Assembly (NCBI GenBank): GCA_944391705.1
Contig: CALXUN010000002.1
Location: 8,279 to 72,278, forward strand
Direction of reading: 5' to 3'
Source: an uncultured Alphaproteobacteria bacterium
GTDB taxonomy: Bacteria; Pseudomonadota; Alphaproteobacteria; RF32; CAG-239
Length of the DNA: 64,000 nucleotides
Translations under genes and position numbers: made by a program
The notes under the pieces: model-generated
Told to the model about the DNA's origin: nothing
The model's input: only the letters and a program-made list of their open reading frames with translations
Database searches by the model: none
Shown here: positions 39,895-48,915 of the stretch, piece by piece
Numbering within the stretch: position 1 is the stretch's first letter
Layout: each line of letters opens with the position of its first letter

Positions 39895-41418
39895 TCAACT
39901 ATTTTTTGCACAATATTGTTTTATCAACCTTTCATATATACACAAAACACACAAAATCAATACAATAAAAGATATAACATATATGTTTTTATTTTTTCCA
40001 TAAGATGTCTGCAATTCTAAATTGCGAGGAAGCGAAACATCAAGAAAACCTTTTGCATTCAAAGGCAAACTACCGACAATCCGTCCCAACGGATCTATAA
40101 CGGCGCTGATGCCTGAATTGGCACTGCGTACAATCGTCAAACCTTCTTCAACCGCACGCATCTGCGCCGCCGCCAAGTGCTGATACGGACCGGCACTATT
40201 ACCGTACCAGCCGTCGTTTGTCAACACGACCAGCCATGACGGGCGATTTGTTCGTCCCGTGACCTCACCCGGAAATATAATTTCATAACAAATCAAAGCA
40301 CCGAATGCCGGATAAGCAGCAACTTCAATATTCTTATATTTTTTACCGGCACCGAAATCCGACACATTTGCGGCTACCGGCTTAATCCATTCCGGCAGAT
40401 AATTTCTTAACGGTATATACTCTCCAAACGGCACCAGATGGCTCTTATCATAGACTCCTTCTACGCCGCCGTCCGGATTAAAAACATATAATGAATTATA
40501 TGCTTTTTTACCATCAAAACGCACCATGCCGGTAATCAGATACCCTTGAGGCGGAACAGCTTCCATGATTTTATTCAGATGATGCCAGTCCCTGTCCAAA
40601 TCAAACGGCACGGCCGTCTCGCCCCAAACGATAAAATCAATCTCATCTGCCGGCTGCATCCGGCTCATGCGGATATAGGTTTCAAAGTTATCTTCCAGCA
40701 CCTGCCTGTCCCATTTCATTTGCTGGGGAATAGAGGGCTGTACCAACCGGACTTTAATATCCCCCGGGCGTGCATCAAAGTTTGTTATTCTCCAAAAACC
40801 GAACCCGGCCATAAAAAGCATTATACAAAAGAAAACAACCATACCTGATTTGTGTCCGCGCAAAAACATATAAACTCCGCCGGACAAAAAAGCAGCCAGA
40901 AAACTCAGGCCGTAAACACCCCACAGGCTTGCTGTCTGCATGAACATCGGCTCAAAAACAAAAACCGAACCGAGAGGATTCCAGGGAAACCCGGTTAAAA
41001 TAAAACTCCTTATCCACTCCAAAAGCACCCAGGAACAGGCAAAACCCGATACTTTTTGCCATAAACCGGAAAAGTAGTGCCATACCATAAACGGTATAAC
41101 CGTAAACAGACCAAAAAAAGCTCCCGTACCCAATAAAACAATCGGATAAAGCCAGCCGAAAGTTTCGGCATCAACCAGCAACGCATTGCCTATCCAGTAA
41201 AAACCGGCGGCAAACATCCCGAAACCATACCAATACCCTATGGCAGCCGCCTGCCGGAAGTTTTGTGCGGCATCGGTTAAAAAAAACACGGCAGCCAATG
41301 TACCAACTGTTGCCCAGACGGCATAAACCGGCGCAAATCCTGCCGCTGATATCAAACCCAAAAGCAGCGCCGTCCATTTATAATGTTTATAAAAAAATTC
41401 CGTTGTTTTTTTTATCAC
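39895..41418 (-). CDS. lnt: Apolipoprotein N-acyltransferase
   Basis: N-terminal multi-TM region and C-terminal CN-hydrolase domain, 507 aa. Confidence 0.9.
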   Translation of the reverse strand: MIKKTTEFFYKHYKWTALLLGLISAAGFAPVYAVWATVGTLAAVFFLTDAAQNFRQAAAIGYWYGFGMFAAGFYWIGNALLVDAETFGWLYPIVLLGTGAFFGLFTVIPFMVWHYFSGLWQKVSGFACSWVLLEWIRSFILTGFPWNPLGSVFVFEPMFMQTASLWGVYGLSFLAAFLSGGVYMFLRGHKSGMVVFFCIMLFMAGFGFWRITNFDARPGDIKVRLVQPSIPQQMKWDRQVLEDNFETYIRMSRMQPADEIDFIVWGETAVPFDLDRDWHHLNKIMEAVPPQGYLITGMVRFDGKKAYNSLYVFNPDGGVEGVYDKSHLVPFGEYIPLRNYLPEWIKPVAANVSDFGAGKKYKNIEVAAYPAFGALICYEIIFPGEVTGRTNRPSWLVVLTNDGWYGNSAGPYQHLAAAQMRAVEEGLTIVRSANSGISAVIDPLGRIVGSLPLNAKGFLDVSLPRNLELQTSYGKNKNIYVISFIVLILCVLCIYERLIKQYCAKNS

Positions 41419-41421
41419 GCT

Positions 41422-41934
41422 TTACTCCCGGTATGGATTATCAATGCCAAGCCCGGCTAAAACTTCTGTTTCACGTTGTTCCATTTCTGCAGCATCTTCC
41501 GGCTCAATATGATCGTAACCTAAAATATGCAACAGCCCGTGCGCCCATAAATGACAAAAGTGGTCATGCAAAGATATCCCCTGTTCCCGGGCTTCGCGCT
41601 GCATAGTTTCAAAAGCGACGATAACATCACCGAGTTCCACCAGGTCTTCACATTCCAAAACTTCTTCAAAATCAGGATCGTCAATATTGGCAAACGATAA
41701 GACATTCGTCGGCTTGTCTATGCCGCGGAATTCAAAATTCAATTTATGAACAGCCTCATCATTGCTTAAGCAAAGGTTGACGCTAAACAGCCGGGGCGGC
41801 ACCCAAAAATCAATTTCACCTGCCACCCGGCCGATAACGGCCTCTTTGACCTGTTCAACAACGGCAGCGATGTTCTCCACCGCCGCCGTCCATTTTGCCT
41901 CTTCAATATCAACAAATACTTTAATCTCTGTCAT
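41422..41934 (-). CDS. ybeY: rRNA maturation endoribonuclease YbeY
   Basis: HGLLHILGYDH zinc-binding motif. Start set at the ATG at 41934 (MTEIKVF). Confidence 0.85.
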   Translation of the reverse strand: MTEIKVFVDIEEAKWTAAVENIAAVVEQVKEAVIGRVAGEIDFWVPPRLFSVNLCLSNDEAVHKLNFEFRGIDKPTNVLSFANIDDPDFEEVLECEDLVELGDVIVAFETMQREAREQGISLHDHFCHLWAHGLLHILGYDHIEPEDAAEMEQRETEVLAGLGIDNPYRE

Positions 41935-42892
41935 TTTCCTGCAGCTTTTTATTTTTTTCCTCATAAGCTTTCACGATTTTGGCAACCAGCCCGTGGCGGA
42001 CAACATCAGCTGCGCTGAACGAAACGGCACTGACATTGCTGATATTTTTTAACGTATCCAGCGCATCGCGTAAGCCTGAAACCGTGCCGCGCGGCAAATC
42101 GACCTGGCTTAAGTCGCCATTGACCACCATACGCGAATTTTCACCCAGACGGGTCAAAAACATTTTCATCTGCATCGGCGTGGTATTTTGCGCCTCATCC
42201 AAAATGACAAAGGCGTTTGAAAGTGTCCGGCCGCGCATAAACGCCAGCGGCGCAATTTCAATTTCACCCAGAGCAAGCTTTTTATCAACCTGTTCGGCCG
42301 GCAGCATTTCATACAATGCATCATATAAAGGCCTTAAATACGGATCGACTTTTTCTTTTAAATCACCCGGCAGAAAACCAAGATTTTCTCCGGCTTCCAC
42401 TGCCGGACGCGATAAAATAATCTTGTCAACCGCACCTTCCAGCATCATGGAAACCGCCAGCGCCACCGCCAGATAAGTTTTACCCGTACCGGCTGGGCCA
42501 AGACCGAACACCAGTTCGTTTTTCATCATTTCCTGAATATATTTGGCCTGCGTTGCCGAACGCGGATAAATATATCTTTTTTTGGTTTTCAAAACAATCT
42601 CATTTAAATTTTGTACTTCTTCGTCATCATGACAGTCGCTGCAAATCCGTACCGCAGCTTTTACTTCCTGCTCACTGACTTCAATGCCCTTGCTGACTTT
42701 GTCATACAAAACATTGATTGCGGCTTTTGCCTCTTCAGCCTCTTTAGGATTACCTTTAATCGTAATCTGATTGCCGAAACTCAGGATTTCCACATTCAGC
42801 ATTTTTTCAATCAGCCTCAGATTGGCATCCGAAACGCCGACCAGTTTTTGCACCAGTTGATTATTAAAAAGTTCCAGTTCAATTTCAGCCAT
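41921..42892 (-). CDS. ybeZ: PhoH-like ATPase (YbeZ)
   Basis: Walker A GPAGTGKTYLAVA. Conserved ybeZ-ybeY-lnt neighbourhood. Confidence 0.9.
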   Translation of the reverse strand: MAEIELELFNNQLVQKLVGVSDANLRLIEKMLNVEILSFGNQITIKGNPKEAEEAKAAINVLYDKVSKGIEVSEQEVKAAVRICSDCHDDEEVQNLNEIVLKTKKRYIYPRSATQAKYIQEMMKNELVFGLGPAGTGKTYLAVALAVSMMLEGAVDKIILSRPAVEAGENLGFLPGDLKEKVDPYLRPLYDALYEMLPAEQVDKKLALGEIEIAPLAFMRGRTLSNAFVILDEAQNTTPMQMKMFLTRLGENSRMVVNGDLSQVDLPRGTVSGLRDALDTLKNISNVSAVSFSAADVVRHGLVAKIVKAYEEKNKKLQENDRD

Positions 42893-42893
42893 A

Positions 42894-44225
42894 TTATATT
42901 ACCTCTCCGCTTAAAGAATTTGTGGTTGCGTCCGTTACCCGGACTTTAACGATATTATTTAACATATTTTTATCAGCCTTCGCATGCAGGTTTTGCATAT
43001 ACGGTGTCCGGCCGATAAGCTGTCCTTTGTGCCGCCCTTTTTGTTCAAACAGCACCTCAAAAACTTTTCCGATGCATGATTCATTAAATTTCGTCTGATA
43101 ATCAAATAAAAGATTTTGCAAAATATCCAGACGCTCCTTTTTAACCTTTTCTTCCACCTGCCCGGGCATTACGGCAGCAGGCGTTCCCGGCCGACGGCTG
43201 TATTTGAAAGAAAAGGCCTGAATATATTCAACTTCTCTGACCAGGCTCAAAGTTTTATTAAAATCCTCATCGCTTTCACCCGGAAAACCGACGATAAAAT
43301 CCGAAGAAAAGCGAAGTTTGTCATTTGCTTTTTTCAGTTTTTCAATAACCTCCAGATACAGCTTGCGGTCATGACGCCGGTTCATTGCTTTAAGAATTTT
43401 ATCCGCCCCCGACTGCACCGGCAAATGCAAATAAGGCATCAGCTGTCCCAAATCCCGGTGGCAGGCAATTAAATCATCATCGACATCAGCCGGATAAGAT
43501 GTTGTATAACGCAAACGTTTCAAACCGTCCAACTCGGCCAGACGCCGCAAGAGATAAGCCAGATTGCGTTCTTTACCGGATTCATCCTCCCCGTGGTATG
43601 AATTGACATTCTGACCCAGAAGATTAATTTCAAGCGTTCCGGTTTCAAGCAAATGCTTAGCTTCATCAACAACCTCAGCCACCGGACGCGAATATTCCGC
43701 CCCGCGGGTATACGGCACCACGCAATAGGTACAAAAATTATTACATCCTTCCTGCACTGCTAAAAATGAACAGCCGCCCTCCGAGCGGTTTTCAGGCAGA
43801 AAATCAAACTTTGCCTCCGCCGGAAAATCCGTATCAATAATTGTTTCCCCGCGTTTGCGGCCGATTTTAGTTAAAATTTCCGGCAAGCGATGATACGTCA
43901 AAGGCCCCAGGGCAAAATCGACATACGGCGCCCGTTTGGCAATCTCTTCATCTTCGGCCTGCACCACACAGCCGGTTACCCCGATAACGGTATTTTGCCC
44001 CTTTTCGGCTCGTTCCTGTTTGATTAAATACGCCCGTCCCAGATCTGAGAAAACTTTCTCGGCGGCTTTTTCCCGGATATGACAGGTATTAAACAGCACC
44101 AAATCCGCATCAGCCTGATTTGCTGCCGGCTCATATCCGAAATTTTCCAAGATAACTGCCATCCGATGTGAATCATATACATTCATCTGACAGCCGAAAG
44201 TTTTAATAAAATATTTTTTTGACAT
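42894..44225 (-). CDS. miaB: tRNA-i6A37 methylthiotransferase
   Basis: UPF0004 domain, radical-SAM CxxxCxxC (CNNFCTYC), and TRAM domain. Confidence 0.9.
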   Translation of the reverse strand: MSKKYFIKTFGCQMNVYDSHRMAVILENFGYEPAANQADADLVLFNTCHIREKAAEKVFSDLGRAYLIKQERAEKGQNTVIGVTGCVVQAEDEEIAKRAPYVDFALGPLTYHRLPEILTKIGRKRGETIIDTDFPAEAKFDFLPENRSEGGCSFLAVQEGCNNFCTYCVVPYTRGAEYSRPVAEVVDEAKHLLETGTLEINLLGQNVNSYHGEDESGKERNLAYLLRRLAELDGLKRLRYTTSYPADVDDDLIACHRDLGQLMPYLHLPVQSGADKILKAMNRRHDRKLYLEVIEKLKKANDKLRFSSDFIVGFPGESDEDFNKTLSLVREVEYIQAFSFKYSRRPGTPAAVMPGQVEEKVKKERLDILQNLLFDYQTKFNESCIGKVFEVLFEQKGRHKGQLIGRTPYMQNLHAKADKNMLNNIVKVRVTDATTNSLSGEVI

Positions 44226-44393
44226 TCTTCTTTCTGTTTTTTATAAATTGGTTTGCTATTATGCTATGCCAATCCTTAACAATTTTCAAACATTTTTTTA
44301 GTTTTGCATAAATAACAAAATCTGTCTTTTTATGTTGAAAAAATCAGAAATCCGGTTATGATGTAATTAAACAATCAGGAGGTGCTGATAATT

Positions 44394-44834
44394 ATGACTT
44401 ATACTGAAACCCTCGAAGCCAACGGTTATATTTTAAAACTAACCGAAGAACAGAAAATTATTTTCTTAAAAGCTCTGGCTTATATGGCAAAAATCGACGG
44501 CCATCTTGACGAAGAAGAAATCAAATACATTAAAGATGTTGCAACAAATTACCACATTACCCAGCCGGGCCGGATTTTTGAATTTAAAAACGAAGAAGAA
44601 ATTTTAAATGAAATCAAAAAGTTGGGTAACCGCCGGATTTATCTGGAACTGATTAAAGAACTGTGCCTTCTTGGACATTCCGACAGCGATTTGAGCAATG
44701 ATGAAGTTGCCTTTATCGGCAATGTCGGCAAAGCCACCGGCATTGAACTTGAAAAAGTTGAACAAATCAGCAATTGGGTCATTGACAAACTTATGTGGCT
44801 TGAACAGGGAAAAATCATTTTTGAAGACGCCTGA
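44394..44834 (+). CDS. TerB-like / DjlA-N-like domain protein
   Basis: Two helical repeats with conserved D-G/E patterns (LKALAYMAKIDGHLDEEE; LIKELCLLGHSDSDLSNDE). Start set at the ATG at 44394 after AGGAGG. Confidence 0.45.
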   Translation: MTYTETLEANGYILKLTEEQKIIFLKALAYMAKIDGHLDEEEIKYIKDVATNYHITQPGRIFEFKNEEEILNEIKKLGNRRIYLELIKELCLLGHSDSDLSNDEVAFIGNVGKATGIELEKVEQISNWVIDKLMWLEQGKIIFEDA

Positions 44835-44850
44835 ACACGGGAGATAAAAC

Positions 44851-45843
44851 ATGGATAAATATGATGTACAACACACCGAAGAAGCCATAAAAAAAGAAAA
44901 AGAAACCGAGATTATCAAACGTGCCTTGCTTGCGACATACAATAACCTTAACGAAAGAGCGCTTCGTCAGGCAACGCGGGAAACGATTTTTGCCCCGTCA
45001 AACCGACCGGTTAAGATTGGCGGCCGGAAAGTTTTGGCTTCGGATTTACGTTATGAAGTGGCTAATACAATTGAAAATTTAAGCAGCGGCAAGAGTGTTG
45101 AACACGCACAGGATTTACAATCCATGATTGCTCAAAGCATAGAAAACATCAATAGCGAAACATCTTCATCACAGGAATATTTCCGCTGGCTTGATGAAAC
45201 GACCGACATTTTAAAAAACATGAATGACGGTTTCGTGACCGATGACGATCTTGCCAAAAGAAATGAATTTCTGGATTTCAGCCACCAGCGGGAAGCAGAA
45301 CTTTTGGTTTGTTTAGGTTTGTATCAAAGCAGCAAAAACCCGGAAGCTCAGGAAAAAGCAAAGATGATCCGCTACAAGCTGATCAAATTGCGCGAGATGC
45401 GCTCAGCCATTGAAAACCGCACCCGTAACAAAGCAGATGTGGAAATTTCCCGGGCCGAATATGAAGCGGCAATCCCATACTATAAATTGTACCGCGGACT
45501 TGCCAAACTTCCTTTTGGTTACGACATTGCCCGCCAGCAGAAAATCAATTTGAACATAAATCATGATGACGATGATGATTTGGATGAAGATTTTAACTAC
45601 TATGACAATCTTTTAAATGTCGTTCTTGACCAGATGGAAGAAGAAGACCGGGGAATAGTTGCCCGGGAATACCAGCTGGCGCATGATATGGCCCGCGAAC
45701 CGGATACTTTTACCCCCTTTGAGACACCGAACAGACAAGAAATTGCTGATAAACTGCAAGAATTATCTGGACGTAAAAATACATTTCGTGTAAAATACGA
45801 CATCGTGAATGCGAAATTGAATGAAAACGTGAACGAATATTAA
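44851..45843 (+). CDS. Hypothetical acidic helical protein, co-transcribed with the TerB-like gene
   Basis: 330 aa, helical, with a DDDDDLDEDF acidic patch. No known domain recognised. Confidence 0.5.
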   Translation: MDKYDVQHTEEAIKKEKETEIIKRALLATYNNLNERALRQATRETIFAPSNRPVKIGGRKVLASDLRYEVANTIENLSSGKSVEHAQDLQSMIAQSIENINSETSSSQEYFRWLDETTDILKNMNDGFVTDDDLAKRNEFLDFSHQREAELLVCLGLYQSSKNPEAQEKAKMIRYKLIKLREMRSAIENRTRNKADVEISRAEYEAAIPYYKLYRGLAKLPFGYDIARQQKINLNINHDDDDDLDEDFNYYDNLLNVVLDQMEEEDRGIVAREYQLAHDMAREPDTFTPFETPNRQEIADKLQELSGRKNTFRVKYDIVNAKLNENVNEY

Positions 45844-45862
45844 TTTATAAAGGAGAAAAATA

Positions 45863-46162
45863 ATGGGAATGCTGTTAATCCCTTTCTTTGATACACTGGC
45901 TTTGGTTGTTGATATTTATTTTAAAATTGTTGTGGTGGAAATTGTTTTATTCTGGCTGCTGCACTTTAAGATTATCAGCATTACCAACAAATATGCCCAG
46001 AAATTTATGGACATCTTAAAAATGGCAACCGAACCGGTTTATAAAAAAATCCGTGAAAAAGTTCCGCCATTTGCCGACTTTGACGCATCGCCGTTTATTT
46101 TGCTGCTGGCATTGTTTTTTGTTGCCCGCCTGATTTATGTGTTAAAAGAAATGGTTTTATAA
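45863..46162 (+). CDS. yggT: YggT-family membrane protein
   Basis: Two TM helices around a TEPVYKKIREKVPPFADFDASPFILLL core typical of YggT/Ycf19. Confidence 0.6.
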   Translation: MGMLLIPFFDTLALVVDIYFKIVVVEIVLFWLLHFKIISITNKYAQKFMDILKMATEPVYKKIREKVPPFADFDASPFILLLALFFVARLIYVLKEMVL

Positions 46163-46180
46163 GCCGGATATTTTTTTATC

Positions 46181-46486
46181 GTGTTTTTCGAGAAAAAAGA
46201 CAATCAGTACCTGTTAAGAGTTAGGTTAACGCCTAACTCTTCTTCTTGCCGGATAAACGGCATATTTTTTGATGAAAACAATCAGGCCTATTTAAAAATA
46301 AATGTCGTTTCCATCCCTGAAAAAGGTAAAGCCAACAAAGAACTTATTGACTTTCTTTCCAAAACGCTTAAGATGCCGAAATCATCCATTACGATTGTCA
46401 CCGGATTGCAGGACAGACTAAAAAAGGTATGCATTGCCGGTGCTGATGAAAAAACAATCTTAAAACTGACGGAGGGAGAGGAATGA
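46181..46486 (+). CDS. yggU: DUF167 (YggU/UPF0235) protein
   Basis: The ...EKGKANKELIDFLSKTL...ITIVTGLQDRLKKV pattern and the yggT-yggU adjacency. Confidence 0.6.
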   Translation: MFFEKKDNQYLLRVRLTPNSSSCRINGIFFDENNQAYLKINVVSIPEKGKANKELIDFLSKTLKMPKSSITIVTGLQDRLKKVCIAGADEKTILKLTEGEE

Positions 46487-47328
46487 ACGCTCAAATCATT
46501 GACGGCCGGAAAATTGCGGCAGACATTCAAAACACCCTCAAAGAAAAAATAAAAAAGCAAACCGGCATACCGGGGCTGGCCATTATTCAGGCCGGTGACG
46601 ATGAAGCCAGCACCATCTACGTCCGCAACAAGCTCCGGGCTGCGGCCGACGTCGGCATTAAGGCCGTTTTGTACAAATTTCCGGAAAGCGTGACTGAACA
46701 AGAGCTTTCGGCATTAATTTCTTCCTTAAACAAGGATAAAAACATTAACGGCATGATTATCCAGCTGCCTTTACCCGCTCACTTAGATGAAGAAGCCCTC
46801 ATTGACAGTATTGACCCTGAAAAAGATGTCGACGGCTTTCATCCGTTAAATATCGGAAGATTACAGAACAATTCGCCGCAAGCACTCATTGCCGCAACGC
46901 CGAAAGGAATTTTATACCTGTTAGAAAACACACACATCAGCTTAGCCGGTAAAAACGCTCTTGTCATCGGCTGTTCCAAAATTGTCGGCCGGCCTGCAGC
47001 CATGATGCTAATCCAAAAAGGCTGCACGGTAACCATGGCCCATATTCAAACCAAAAATCTGCCCGAACTTGTAAAAATGGCAGATATCGTCATTTCAGCC
47101 TGCGGCTGTCCGGAAATGGTCAAAGGCGAATGGATAAAAGAAGGTGCCGTTTTAATTGATGTCGGCATTAACCGTTTAAACGGCAAACTCTGCGGCGATA
47201 TTGAATTTGCCTCAGCCATAAACAAAGCCTCATATATCACCCCCGTCCCCGGCGGCGTAGGGCCGATGACGGTTGCCATGCTTTTGCAAAACACTTATGA
47301 AGCTTATTTAAAACAAAATCAGAATTAA
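46483..47328 (+). CDS. folD: Bifunctional methylene-THF dehydrogenase/methenyl-THF cyclohydrolase
   Basis: Conserved FolD sequence: YVRNKLRAA, GxSxIVGRP and PGGVGPMTVAML. Confidence 0.9.
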   Translation: MNAQIIDGRKIAADIQNTLKEKIKKQTGIPGLAIIQAGDDEASTIYVRNKLRAAADVGIKAVLYKFPESVTEQELSALISSLNKDKNINGMIIQLPLPAHLDEEALIDSIDPEKDVDGFHPLNIGRLQNNSPQALIAATPKGILYLLENTHISLAGKNALVIGCSKIVGRPAAMMLIQKGCTVTMAHIQTKNLPELVKMADIVISACGCPEMVKGEWIKEGAVLIDVGINRLNGKLCGDIEFASAINKASYITPVPGGVGPMTVAMLLQNTYEAYLKQNQN

Positions 47329-47396
47329 CCTACAAAAAATCAAAAAAAGAAATATATCAGTCCCCGAAAACGGCAAAGCAACCTTTTGGAGATAAA

Positions 47397-47771
47397 ATGA
47401 CTGATTTCGGCAAAGTGCTTATTTTTGAAAACCGGCCGGAACTATTAAAACCCTTCCGGGAAGATTTGGAAGCTCAGGGTTTCTTTGTGTTCGGATTTAA
47501 CAATCTCTACCAGTTTTTGCAATATGCCAGGGAAATCAACCCCGATATTGTCATTATGAATTTTGATGATAACTTCAGCCCTGATGCCAAAACCTGGGAA
47601 ACTGTTGAAAAAAGTTTATGCAAGAAAAATTGTCCGGAAATATATCTTAATGCCGCCGCCAAATTCCAAAACCGAACCAATTTCCACTATGTTGAATTTA
47701 ATTCGGACATATTAAAAAAAGACCAGATTTTAAGCATCATTAAAAAAAATCCGAAAAACTATCTGCATTAA
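47397..47771 (+). CDS. Pseudo-receiver (CheY-like fold lacking the phospho-acceptor Asp)
   Basis: KVLIFENRPE...PDIVIMNFDDNF. The acidic pocket and the Asp57-equivalent position are replaced. Confidence 0.35.
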   Translation: MTDFGKVLIFENRPELLKPFREDLEAQGFFVFGFNNLYQFLQYAREINPDIVIMNFDDNFSPDAKTWETVEKSLCKKNCPEIYLNAAAKFQNRTNFHYVEFNSDILKKDQILSIIKKNPKNYLH

Positions 47772-47846
47772 AACAAATAAGCTGTTGTCAAAACAAAAAA
47801 TATACGGCATAAATTGGAAGTATTTCAATTTTAACCGGGGAAAGAT

Positions 47847-48443
47847 ATGCAACGGATACATCAGCTTTTACATCAAATGTATGACTTAATGTTAAGACTT
47901 TCGGCACACAACAAAGCCATGTTCTTTTTATTTTTGGTATCTTTTGCCGAAAGTTCGTTTTTCCCGATTCCCCCGGATGTCATGATTATCCCGATGGTTT
48001 TAGCCACACCAAATAAAGCTTGGCGGATTGCAGGTTTGGCTACGGTTGCCAGCGTTTTAGGCGGATATTTCGGCTATATCATCGGCGCCGGATTTTTTGA
48101 TTTGATTGCCAAACCGATTTTGGAAATGTATAACGCACTCGAACAATTCAAAGAATTTGAAGACTACTACCACAAATTCGGCGCGTGGATTGTTTTTGCT
48201 GCCGGCTTAACCCCGTTTCCCTATAAAATCATCACTATTGCCAGCGGTGTTGTTCATTTGGATTTGTTTGTCTTTACCGTTGCCTCAATTTTGGCGCGCG
48301 GCATGCGGTTTTTCTTTGTTGCCTGGCTCTTGAAAAAATACGGCGAACCGATGAAAATCTTTATTGAAAAGAATTTGGGCTGGCTTTCGGTTTTGTTTTT
48401 AATTCTCTTAATCGGTAGTTTTATGCTGATTAAATGGTTGTAA
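47847..48443 (+). CDS. YqaA/DedA-family (SNARE-associated domain) membrane protein
   Basis: FFPIPPDVMIIPMVLA motif and 4-5 TM helices. Confidence 0.7.
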   Translation: MQRIHQLLHQMYDLMLRLSAHNKAMFFLFLVSFAESSFFPIPPDVMIIPMVLATPNKAWRIAGLATVASVLGGYFGYIIGAGFFDLIAKPILEMYNALEQFKEFEDYYHKFGAWIVFAAGLTPFPYKIITIASGVVHLDLFVFTVASILARGMRFFFVAWLLKKYGEPMKIFIEKNLGWLSVLFLILLIGSFMLIKWL

Positions 48444-48876
48444 GAAAACTCAGCCTATAAAAATCATATAAATATCGCCAGGTAGCCCAGGATTCTGTGC
48501 AGCCACGGACCTACAGTTTGACTTTTGCTCTTAGGGCATGACGAACTGAGAGGCCGTCGCACATGTTGTCACCCCTATGAGGACGCATAGCGTCCGAATA
48601 CCAGGGGTCCACAAAAACTAAAGCAATAACATTTGATTTGTGGATGCCTGATACTCACTCGCTTACGCTTGTTCTTAAGCCATGACAGAAAGGGAGAAGA
48701 GATACTCGTAGCATAAAGCGGTGTTGCAATAGATATCCCCCAGTAAACTGGGGGTTCTATAACAGCTACAAACCTTACGGTTTGACCAAGCTCGTTGGCG
48801 TGGAGCGGTGTTGTTCCAACACCTTGGCATTCAGCCCCGAGTAAACTCGGGGTTTTCTGTAAGGCAACTAAATAAA

Positions 48877-48915
48877 CCAACCCCCGCATTGGGATGCGGG
48901 GGTTGGTTTGATTTA
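48877..48915. terminator. Strong bidirectional terminator
   Basis: AACCAACCCCCGCATTGGGATGCGGGGGTTGGTTT. Confidence 0.8.

Noticed and set aside
48575-48889. 104-aa minus-strand ORF in the yqaA / Cys-rich intergenic region
   Set aside because: Spans three stable hairpins and terminators. No RBS and no coding-like composition.
48460-48912. RNase P RNA, tmRNA or SRP RNA in the large intergenic region
   Set aside because: I looked for the conserved motifs (GGAAAGUCCGGGCUCC, AGGGUGAAA, tmRNA tag and T-arm, SRP domain IV) on both strands and did not find them. It is kept only as an unclassified structured region.
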